From: Octopus sinensis
Lineage: Eukaryota
Length of the DNA: 52,522 bases
Assembly: GCF_006345805.1 (NCBI RefSeq)
Contig: NW_021833966.1
Coordinates: 1 to 52,522, forward strand
Direction: 5' to 3'
Notes under the pieces: model-generated
The model's database searches: none
What the model was told of the DNA's origin: nothing
Seen by the model: the letters and a program-made list of their open reading frames with translations, nothing else
Shown: positions 13,558 through 24,335 of the stretch, in pieces
Layout of the letters: the number at the start of each line of letters is the position of its first letter
Position numbering within the stretch: position 1 is the stretch's first letter
Made by a program: the position numbers and the translations under genes

Positions 13558-14050
13558 ATATACAAGCGTTGGACAAAAAAATTGGAACATCTTGTTAAAT
13601 CGAACGTTTATTAACACGAAATTGATTTATTTTGGTATCAATCGAAGTTCTCTAATATGTCGAGGTGTTGTCTTCTACAGGTTGTGAACGGATGTGAGGA
13701 GTTTATGAGGCATTCTTCAAGTAAAACTCTTTCAATAACGATGCGGAAGGAAAGCGGCACTTCACGTGCTGTTTCATAATGCAGCATAAAGGTACGATTG
13801 TATTGAGACCCAGAGAAACTGGGTTCAATCCATGCAGTTTATTTCCTTTTTGTGTCCTTCGTTTCAAACCTGAATATAATTAGCCGTGCGAGTCGGCGCA
13901 TGCTCGTCCTGGAAGATTGTTCTAACATCGGGGAACAATGTTTCTATCACAGGATGCAGGATGTACTTGATCAGCCAAAAGACTCTACTAATCCTTCGCA
14001 TAAACCCTGCTATGTGGAACAACTAAAGGGCCAAGAGCATTCCACAGTAG
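13558..14050 (-). mobile_element. Tc1-like transposase 3' half plus right TIR
   Basis: Minus strand reads WNALGPLVV...LLADQVHP / ETLFPDVRTIFQDEHAPTRTA (FQDDNAP motif) / GLNTIVPLCCIMKQHVKCRFP. It ends in ttttgtccaacgcttgTA. Confidence 0.8.
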
Positions 14051-14204
14051 GATAGTCCGAGTGAAGTTTTATCTACTTCGAGTACAACTGCAAAAAAACG
14101 ATGTATACAGACATGTATATTTCTAACACAGTGGTACATTTATAATGTATAATTCATACATAGACCCAGGCTTGAAATAGTTTTGTGGGTCGTGGATTCA
14201 ATGC

Positions 14205-14295
14205 TCCTGTGTGGTGCCGTCGGCAAGTGTCTTCTACTTTAGACCCGGGGGCGACCAAAGCCCTGTGAGAGGATGTGGTAGACGGAAACCTGTTT
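14205..14295 (+). mobile_element. SINE family B internal fragment
   Basis: ggcaagtgtcttctac.ttag.ccc.gg.cgaccaaagcc.tgtgag.ggat.tggtagacggaaac is the reverse complement of 38710-38800. Confidence 0.8.
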
Positions 14296-14414
14296 CAGTC
14301 TTTCGCTGAGGCCATGCCGGGGCAACGCCTCGAAGATGTTTTAGTGAGACTGAACTCAGAACCATGTGGTTGGGAGGCCAGTTTATTACCACATAACACG
14401 TCAGTGCCAACATG

Positions 14415-14496
<82 letters not shown>

Positions 14497-14707
14497 TATA
14501 ATATATATATATATATATAATATATATATCTATATATGTGTGTGTGTGTGTGAGTCTGTGTTTGTGTGTGATCGGCTTGCAAAATTGTTAAGACACTCGG
14601 ATATTTTCCTACTCTTCTTGACATGAAACCAATGGTAGCCTTACTTCACAAATAAAGAAACTATGTATCCACCTACACAGTGTTGAGCACTCCTTGCATC
14701 GATCGAC

Positions 14708-14740
<33 letters not shown>

Positions 14741-15214
14741 CATACATACATACACACGAACACACACATGGATATGCATGTATGTATTTGAAACTATACA
14801 AGCTCACACATCCATATATATATAAACATGCATTGATCTCTTGTATTTGTAGTTGTAACTAACGCGCAGCATCATTCCATCCCAACCGCCATCAATCCAC
14901 GCCATTTCCATCGGCATCCGACAATATTTTCTCCCACCCGATTCCCATCCACATGTCTCTCAACTGTCACCAAGACATCATTAACCAGAATCCATTTCTG
15001 CATCACTAATTAAATCGATATTTCTTTAATCAAATTGATGAAGAATAACCAATACAATAATAATAATAACAACAACAAAACAAAGATTTACAAAGAAGAA
15101 ATCTCAGCGATAACAGCAGCACGACGGCAATACAAGAAGAACAAGAAGAAGAAGAACATCGACAAAGACAATTCCTCAAAAATATAGGAAAATATTGCGA
15201 CAGCAACAAGGAAA

Positions 15215-15365
15215 CTAAAAGCAGTGAAGACGCCAAGAAGAGGGAGAAGAAGAAAGAGGAGGAGGAGGAGGATGGGGAGAAGGAGAAAAAGAAGAAGAAG
15301 AAGAATAAGAAGAATAAGAGGGAGAAGGAGAAGGGGAAGAAGAAGAGGGGGAAGAAGAAGAAGAA

Positions 15366-15396
<31 letters not shown>

Positions 15397-15398
15397 GA

Positions 15399-15430
<32 letters not shown>

Positions 15431-15860
15431 AGAGGAAGAAGGAGAGAAGAAGAAGAGAAAGAGGAAGAAGGAGAAGAGAAGAAGAAGAAGAGGAAGAAGG
15501 AGAAGTAGAAGAAGGAGAAGAAGAAGAAGGAGAAGAAGAAGAAGAAGAAGGAGAAGAGGAAGAAGAAGAAGAAGGAGAAGAAGGAGAAGAGGAGGAAGAA
15601 GGGGAGGAGTAAGAAGAAGAAGGAGAAGAGGAAGAAGGAGAAGAGGAAGAAGGAGAGGAAGAAGAAGGAGAGGAAGAAGAAGAAGAAGGAGGAGGAGAAA
15701 ATGAAGAAGTAGAATGAGAAGAAGAAGAAGAAGGAGGAGGAGGGGAGGGGGAGAAGAAGAAGATGAAGGAGAAGAAGAAGGAGAAGAAGAAGGAGAGGCG
15801 AACAGGAAAAGAAGAAGAAGAAGAGGGGAAGAAGAAGAGTTGTAGAAGAAGGAGAAAATG
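15215..15860. repeat. Long degenerate (GAA/GGA)n polypurine tract
   Basis: Almost purely A/G on the plus strand for about 640 bp. Confidence 0.95.
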
Positions 15861-16294
15861 AGTAACAACAACAACAACAACAACTGCATTTCCAATGATA
15901 ACAAGGAAAAACAGAAAAGAAAGAATAGGAAAGAAAGAAATTTAGTCATAAAGAAGGATGTAAACTGATAAATAAAAGAGAATTCCCTGCAAAAAAGGTA
16001 AATGCCTTCAAGAGCGACCCATAAAACGGCGACAACATCATTAACAGCCTCATACAATGGCAGCATCGCCTGCAGCGGCAGAAACAACAACCGCCGCCGA
16101 CGCCGCCGAAGCCAGAATTTGGCTTTTAGCAATGTCATCGTTAATATCAACAACAAGAACAACAACCATTTGTTGTAATGCCAAACACTTCCATATTTGG
16201 TTTTTTTATGAGCAATTTTGGACATGGAGGTTTGTATTTTGTCGTCAATCTATTTGTAAAGTGGGTGGTGAGACGGGTAGACACACAGACACCC

Positions 16295-16345
<51 letters not shown>

Positions 16346-16407
16346 TAGGTCCCGGGTTGTGTCGGGGTTAACCACAGTAAATAAGTACTCAATACATAGC
16401 AGAGTAA

Positions 16408-16501
16408 ATTTATTTTATAGAAGGAGCTTCTACAGGACTAGAACTGTTTCATTCAAATGAAACAGTTCTAGTCCTGTAGAAGCTCCTTCTATAAAATAAA
16501 T
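16408..16501. repeat. Perfect inverted repeat, 46-bp arms with 2-nt spacer
   Basis: 16408-16453 is the exact reverse complement of 16456-16501 (checked base by base). Confidence 0.97.
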
Positions 16502-16523
16502 ATATATATATATATATACATAC

Positions 16524-16578
<55 letters not shown>

Positions 16579-16997
16579 GGACGCTAGCATAAATACGTAT
16601 GTAAATATACCCATACGCACTAATATAGAAACGCATACATACGTGCATATACACAGGGCGGGACGTGTAGTACAGGCGAACATAGGGATACGTACATATA
16701 GACATACGCACACACATATAGACCGACAGAGAGAGAGAAGGAGAGAGAGGGGAGAGAGAGAAAGAGAGATACATATATGTGGACGCATACCATAGACAGA
16801 AACACTTAAAGGGTGGCGTAAGCACAAGCATTTAGACATTGAACAGAGTCACATATAGTTACAAATATACATAGATAAGCTGACCCTCCGTCGGTTGCGA
16901 CGAGGAGGGTTCCAGTTGATGCGATCACCGGAGCACACCACAGACACGAGATTCGGCGTAACACATAGTTTCCACAAGGGTGGCCTTTTGAAATACA

Positions 16998-17109
16998 TTG
17001 GAGCAACGAGAAATAAAGTGTCTTGCTGAAGGACACCACGCATCGTCGGGAAGTGAACTCACGGCCTTACGATCGCGAGCGGATACGTCAACCACTGAGC
17101 CACGTGCCT
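16998..17109 (-). mobile_element. SINE family C 5' part (tRNA-like head)
   Basis: ggagcaacg.gaaataaagtgtcttgct...cttacgatcg...aaccactgagccac matches 35785-35905. Confidence 0.85.
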
Positions 17110-17128
17110 TTTTATCCCTTAAATTATA

Positions 17129-17134
<6 letters not shown>

Positions 17135-17164
<30 letters not shown>

Positions 17165-17205
17165 TGTATGTATGTATGTATGTATGTATGTATGTATGTA
17201 TGTAT
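17135..17205. repeat. (TATG)n microsatellite
   Basis: Direct reading. Confidence 0.95.
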
Positions 17206-17696
17206 ATAGGTATGTATGCACTTCTTGGTGTATTAAATGCAATAATAAAGCAATGTCGGCCACAATCAGTTGGACGGAATTTGTTGGCAGGAAAATGTTA
17301 GGTGTTTGGTGGTTTGTAATAATTGCAACAACATTTATAAATACATTAGATTCGATACACTTGCAAAATAAGCGTCTATTCGACGTATATATATACATAT
17401 ATATATATACACTTCATAATACAAACACATACACGTACGCAAATATAGAAGTCGTTATATCTATCTGTCTATCTATCTCTAATTATATGTTTGTATATCA
17501 GACGCCATTTGTTCTCCATCTCATTTTCCATTTACCTAACTTTCTACAACCATGAGAGAAAGAAAAAGAGAGAATAGGGGGGAGAGAAGGAGAGAGGGAA
17601 GAAGGGGGGAAAGAGAGAGAGAGAGAGATAGGGACAGAAACAGTTAAACTCAGTCAATTATGTAGTATATAATATATATATATATGTGTATATATG

Positions 17697-17741
<45 letters not shown>

Positions 17742-18207
17742 CATAATATGTGTGTGTACATAGATTATATGTTTGTGCATTTATAAGTATATGTGTGTAA
17801 TTAGGCGCGTATATCTATATATACATATGTATGTTTATATCTGAGTGGGAAAATATAGGAGTGTGTATGCTTGTGTAGATTATAACATACGTGTACGTCC
17901 GTGTATCTTCGTTTAATCTTGATTATCATAATATTAATTTACCATTTTTGATTTTCGGACATAAGTTTCAAATTATTTTCTTCATAGAGATTCATTTGAC
18001 CAAAAAAGAGAATAAGTTGTGGCTATTTTGGAACTTAGCACATCTAAGAGAACTCACTGATTTGGAACAAAGAGAAAGATATTGGTCTAGTGACCCGGAA
18101 GAATTTCTTTAATAACATTCATTCTTACGTCTATATGAATTGGTCACAATTAATATACATACAGACATAGACAAATAGCTACTTTATTATATATTCGTAC
18201 GAATATT

Positions 18208-18247
<40 letters not shown>

Positions 18248-18797
18248 GATATATATACATATATGTATATAAATTTGTGTATATACATATATATATATAC
18301 ACATATACACAGAAATTTAGTACTATTAATATTCATACACCGCTACCTCTGAATAGATGCGCAATACATACATACACTCACGCATGCACACACACACACA
18401 CACACACACATGTATGTATATATATATATGTATGCCCACACGAAGATACAAACAAAGTATAGATGAATGTACGACGGCAAACATATTGTTGTTCCGGTAG
18501 ACGAGACACATACTGATGTATTACGTAGTGAAAGTACTTTTCAGGACTAATGTAAGTTGGTAATTTGATCTCATGCACATATCTCGACACCGACGGATTG
18601 AATGGAACCGCCCAGGTATCGAAACCACACTGATATCTTTATTCTGGGTTGTCTTTCATTCTTGCAAAATGGAAAGTGTTTGTGAATTCATAGTTTGTGG
18701 AGTGGAGATAGTTTACGCCGGTATTGTTTGATTGTCTTAATTATAGGTCGATAATGCTTAAATATTGTTGTCTAGTTCTGGGAGATTCTGCGGCATA

Positions 18798-18848
<51 letters not shown>

Positions 18849-19552
18849 ATGTATTATGCTTTCGGTGCGAATGGTTTTGTTATACGGTGCCGGGTCTTAC
18901 AATCCTGTAAATAATAATATTATTTATATAAGCTTAAAGATTATGGCGATCACGGTACAATGAATAAGGATGATAGTCTAATAAAGGGGCATATAAACCC
19001 TCGACAGAAGAACGAATGCTTTTCTGTCAGCGTGGGACTCGAACCTGTATCGCTTTGTTAACGACTAAGTGTGTTACCTTTACACCTGCGAATTAACAAT
19101 GAATCAATTTAAGTGAAAGAGAGAGTAGGAAATATCCAAATCTTTATTCTGCCGTCATTTATGTTGGTTTTCTTTTCAACGACAAAAGAACAAAACTGAG
19201 CGCATAATATATTTGATTATTTTCTTTTCTCTGTTTTCCTTCGAGTGGTTCATTACTATTTCTCCTCTGTCGAAAAGCATACGGTCTCTTTAGAGAGAAC
19301 TGGATTTGCAGGCGAGGGTATGTACGGAGAATGATTAAACCCAACAACTGACGGTCCATAAGCTCACGAATGTTAACCACCATTATTCATCGGTAGAAGT
19401 GTATATTGGTACCTGCTCGGATTATAAATCCCCATCAACTAAAAATTGTGGAAAATTTTGGCAACTAGACTGTATATAAATAAATATATATATGTCTGTG
19501 TGTATGTCTATGTATGTATATTCATAATTATTAATCAGTTTTACACACACAC

Positions 19553-19660
19553 ATCATCATCATCATCATTGTTCGACCGTGGTCGAGACAATGGAATTTA
19601 CCATGCTACGCCAGACTTCACGGTCCATCATGACATTACGGAGGTCCTGTTGCTGCATGC
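19553..19660 (-). mobile_element. RTE-clade LINE 3' end with (GAT)n tail
   Basis: QQQDLRNVMMDREVWRSMVNSIVSTTVEQ* matches the RTE C-terminal L...M.DR..WR..V motif, followed by a trinucleotide tail. Confidence 0.7.
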
Positions 19661-19689
19661 ACACACACACACATATATATATATTTGGG

Positions 19690-19765
19690 TGGGTATTTGA
19701 ACTCAGAACGTAAAGCGGAAGAAACACTGGTAAGAATTTTGCCCAATTCGACGAGCTCGCCATTT
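19690..19765 (-). mobile_element. SINE family A head fragment
   Basis: atttgaactcagaacgtaaag...gagctcgcc. Confidence 0.65.
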
Positions 19766-19819
19766 TGTGGAACAAAATAATACCAAAAAATTAACATAAA
19801 CAAAACAAACTACAAAAAG

Positions 19820-20560
19820 AGACACTTATGGTTACTTACCGCCACAGTGGGGAGTACTTCCGGTTACGCAAGGTAATATCATCCCTTCGTTCTGGCCTTC
19901 TCCATTAGCCACTGGCCATTCTGGAGGTTGGTGCCCCGAGACACACCCGGACACTCGTAATTCACCTCGTAATAATATTCTGGTGCTACGTTTTTTTTTT
20001 TTAATTAATTCGTTGATGGACGCATTTTGCCTTTCTAACTCTGTATGACGTTCGACATTTAATTTATCGAGACTCGTCGACCTCAAATACGTTTGTTTGT
20101 TCACGAAATGCTGTTCTGTCTTTCGAACGATCGTAAATTTCATGTTACAGTTTACACACCTTTAGGTTTAGCTCACCATTCCTTCTCAATCGCCTCTTCT
20201 TAGTCGGTAATTTTCACCACGTGTCTGCCTGGCCACAACAGGCCTAGGTAGTTCTTTTATTTGCGGATAGAAAGAGCTCGTCTGTTTCTGCGAACTAGAA
20301 TCAGTGGTGCTTACTGTTGTTCCTGCTGTCAACGGTTCGTCCTCATTCTTTATAACAGTCGCCACGGTTCATGATTGGAGGAAGTGGTCATTCGACTCCA
20401 TGGTTAGATCATGACACAAGAAACGAAATGATTTCTACTCTAAAGCAACAGTATTTCCCTACTTCACCTGGACAAAACTTTTTCCAACTGTTCCTTTGCA
20501 GATGTTTTAGACTTCCTCCGTGTTTCTGCAGTTAAAAATAGGCAGCATTTTACCTTTGTT
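19820..20560 (-). mobile_element. Possible Gypsy 3' end (integrase tail, purine tract, LTR start)
   Basis: A stop-riddled frame ending in LPRPVVARQTRGE, then a purine-rich segment, then TGTAACA at about 20148. The similarity is weak. Confidence 0.3.
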
Positions 20561-20732
20561 CGTCCGGTTGGTGTTAGTCAGGCAGCGAGACACTCGTTTT
20601 TATAACGTGCTTCTCTACAGAGATTCTTTCTCCGGGAAGGCATTCACGTTCAAATCCTAATACATGACAGAATAAATGCGATTGATATGTAAAACAGCGG
20701 GTATGTTTTTGTGTGGGAAACTGTACACCCGT

Positions 20733-20830
20733 ACGTATGTATGTATGTATGTATGTATGTATGTATGTATGTATGTATGTATGTATGTATGTTTGTATGT
20801 ATGTATGTATGTATGTATGTGTGTACGTAC
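20733..20830. repeat. (TATG)n microsatellite
   Basis: Direct reading. Confidence 0.95.
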
Positions 20831-21235
20831 GTATGTATAAATGTATGTATTTATGTATATATGAATGTATGCATGTATTAATCATGCATGCATGCATGTA
20901 TGTATTTGTCTATATATGTATGTGACAATTGGTGTTGACAACTTTGCCCGTTCGAAGCATTCAGACTGTCATGTTTTGTCCGTTAAAATCTTGTTCAGTT
21001 TTGTTGAAAGTCAACAGCAATATTTTATTGTCTAATTAAATTAGTATTATTTTTATGTTTGTAGAATGTGTAGCTTCGTCAATTGTTTACTTTGCTGTTC
21101 TTTTGTTTTCTTTCGGTGGGTGGGACTGAGAACATTCGTCGCCATTTTTCAGTGCGGCCTCATTGTGAAGATTTAAAAAAAAAAAACAGAAATGACCCAA
21201 AATAAGTAACAAACTTTATTTTTCTTTCTTTTAAC

Positions 21236-21288
<53 letters not shown>

Positions 21289-21497
21289 GTTAGACTTTAA
21301 AATCCAATTTATACAAGTTTCAGGGAGTAAATATTCTTCGCTTGGATGACCGACTGAAAGAAACCCCCCCCCACAAAAAATAATAATAAATAAATAGTAA
21401 AACAATCAAAGAAGAAAACCAAGTCTATCTAGATTAGCAGCCCAAAGTACAATAACAACAGCAGCAGCAAATACTACTACTACTACTACTACTACTA

Positions 21498-21530
<33 letters not shown>

Positions 21531-22385
21531 GTTATTATTATTATTTGTATTTCTAGTAGTAGTAGTAGTAGAAGAAAAAGAAGAAGAAGAAGAAGAAGAT
21601 AGATTAAGGAAAGAAGAGGGTGACTAAATCCAATCCACTCTTTCGTCCCTCTTTTTACTCAATTACACCACAAAAAACACTGAAAAAAAAATTCAACAGA
21701 AATCATAATTCAAGTTTATCCAAATACCAAAATATATAGCATTGAGCTATATATTGACCCTGAAGCTGTTCCGACTTTGGTGCAAAACATTCCAGAACGC
21801 CAGCAGACTTCAACGTGACGAGTTGACATCTTTTAGCTTGGTAAAACTTTCTGGTTAAGGTAAGGGCTTTTCGCCAGAACTAGAAATCACGATTCAAGTG
21901 TATTCAAATACCAAAACATTTAGCATTGAACTGTCTTGGCATATTAAAATGCTGTAACCCATTCGCCAGACTACTGTTGCTTTTCTGTGAAAATATTCAG
22001 TGTTATTGGTGGTTTAATTGGGGGTTTTATCTTCACTTTCTAGCAGGTAGGTGCTTTGTGTGCGCTTATGATATATATATATATATTATATATATATATA
22101 TCTGTGTGGGTGGGTGTATAATTGGAATAGTGATTCAAAGAGGCAAAGAAAGCCCCCCCTCCTGCTGAATTGCTATCCAGGAAGATCGTGTTGAAGTTTA
22201 TGATGTAACCTCAGCGCCTTACTGAAGACCGACGAATCGCAACAAAATACGCACACTCACGCATACACACACAAACACACACAAACACACACACACACAC
22301 ACACACGCACACACATCACACTCACAGGTATGTGTGTGTGGTTTGTGAACGTCTGTTTTAAAAAAGTAATATAACGCTTATAAGT

Positions 22386-22437
<52 letters not shown>

Positions 22438-22854
22438 ATTTAAAACGACCATCGGTTGGTCTCCGACAGTGTTGTATAGAACGTCCTTTAAAACACGCAG
22501 TTTATTTATTGTTGTTGTTGTTGTTGTCATTTGGCCCCTTCCCCCCCTAACCCCAGCAGACCTATTTCTGATCAAAGACATTTCCGCTGTGAACATCCCG
22601 TCTTGTTCGTTCTTATGTAAAACTAAATTATCTGCTGTCTCCTGTTCTTAATTAAGATTAATTAGCACAATTAGGTGTGTGGATTGAAGGATATTCCGCT
22701 GGTATCTCTAGCAGATCGTGTGTCCACATGGAAGCATTATCGATTTATTTATAGTGTTTCATTAATTGCAGAAAAATGCCGGAGAAGAGTTAAAGAGGGA
22801 AGAATATCTGAAATAATGGCGTCTTGTCTACCCAGGAACTGGTGGCACACAAAA

Positions 22855-22856
<2 letters not shown>

Positions 22857-22900
<44 letters not shown>

Positions 22901-22938
22901 ATCTATCTATCTATCTATCTATCTATCTACCTATCTAC

Positions 22939-23021
<83 letters not shown>

Positions 23022-23041
23022 CCTATCTATCTACCTATCTA
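22857..23041. repeat. (TATC)n microsatellite
   Basis: Direct reading. Confidence 0.95.
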
Positions 23042-23567
23042 TGGCACTGTGAGCTGATCTAGGTGTATACATACCATTTGTCAACGTGCGAGATACATTC
23101 TCCGTGATAAAAAAATCAGTTATTAGCTTGTTCCCCAGTTCGACCGTGCATCACGCATATTCCGACTTAATAATATATATATATATATATATATATACAG
23201 TCTACAGTCCTCTGCAACAGTTTTCATTCCTCATTCGCGTTACCCACTTTTGTCTTGTCTTGCAGTTCCGAGGGTTTTTGTTGTATATGTACCATCATTA
23301 TTAATTGTTGTCTTCGTGTGGCCCTTATCCTTTATTCTGTTTATTAATTGACCCCTCGCCCGTCCCCTAACGGTCTTGCCTCGAGCCCGTCTAGTTTTAT
23401 TACGTTTCTTATCGGTGCCTCCAGCGTGGAAACAATATTATCGATAATGGCCGAAATTGCGTTTGACCCTCTGGCCGATAACTGATGAGGAATTGCTGAC
23501 CTTCTATGTTTTCCCTTTATTTAATCATGAAAATATTATTTATGTAATGCGCGCACCCATTAATTGT

Positions 23568-23607
<40 letters not shown>

Positions 23608-23945
23608 GTGAAGGCGCATAGCTCAGAGGTTAGAGTGTAGAGCTTACGATCGTGAGGTTGTGACTTCGATTCCTGGACTGGGCTACGTGTTGTGTTCTTG
23701 AGCAAGACACTTCATTTCACGTTGCTCCAGTTCACTCAGCTGTAGAAATGAGTTGTGATGTCTCTGGTACCAAGCTGTATTGGCCCCTTTGCCTTTCTCT
23801 AGGATAACATCAGTGGTGTGGAGTGGAGGAGGCTGGCATGCATGGGCGACTGTTGGTCTTCCATAAACAACCTTGTTCGAACTTGTACGTGGGTGGGTAA
23901 CTTTCTAGGTGCAATCCCACGGTCAGTCATGACCGAAGGAGGTCT
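23608..23945 (+). mobile_element. SINE family C, full length (tRNA-derived, CORE-like)
   Basis: A-box-like tagctcagagg and B-box-like cttcgattcc. The central gagcaagacact...cactcagctgtagaaatgag resembles the CORE domain. Three other copies are present in the window. Confidence 0.9.
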
Positions 23946-23974
23946 CCTCCTCCTCATTCTCTCTCTCTCTCTCC

Positions 23975-24027
<53 letters not shown>

Positions 24028-24111
24028 TAATTGAGGCTTTTACATGCCGAAGACTACTTGGTGTAATTGATAATTATTCCAAATTAATTAATTTCACCCT
24101 TCATTATTACG

Positions 24112-24145
<34 letters not shown>

Positions 24146-24262
24146 CCGGAGTAAACACATAAATGTGAAACAAGGTGGAAAAAAGAGTACTCAAATACCA
24201 GAGGTAGAGTAATATGCTTTATTTAAAAGCAGCAGAAATTTAAGAAAAGCTGTTACTCGGAG
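24146..24262. mobile_element. Repeat fragment related to the 16370-16425 sequence (possible PLE pseudo-LTR)
   Basis: Shares agtactcaa(a)tac..agagtaa..tttatt with 16384-16416; both abut (TA)n. Confidence 0.4.
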
Positions 24263-24335
24263 TACGCGCAGTGGGATTGAATCCGGGTCAATGTGATCGG
24301 GAAACAACCCTCTTATAGTCTCACCTACGCCTACA
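24263..24335 (-). mobile_element. SINE family B head fragment
   Basis: cgcagtgggattgaatccggg.c.atgtg matches 38790-38820. Confidence 0.7.

Noticed and set aside
15215-16225. 336-aa Leu/Ser-rich ORF, the longest in the track
   Set aside because: It is the antisense translation of a (GAA/GGA)n tract with no domain content.
21134-21143. Second PBS-like TGGCGACGAA on the minus strand
   Set aside because: No gag-like sequence follows.
23405-23495. ttatcgg/ccgataa stem followed by CTGATGAG, plus the palindrome attatcgataat
   Set aside because: No stem II-GAAA follows, so it does not complete any hammerhead topology.
23608-23685. tRNA-like cloverleaf (also at 35830-35905, 33030-33107, 38790-38855, 19030-19085)
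   Set aside because: These are SINE heads continuing into SINE bodies, with imperfect stems; they are not tRNA genes.
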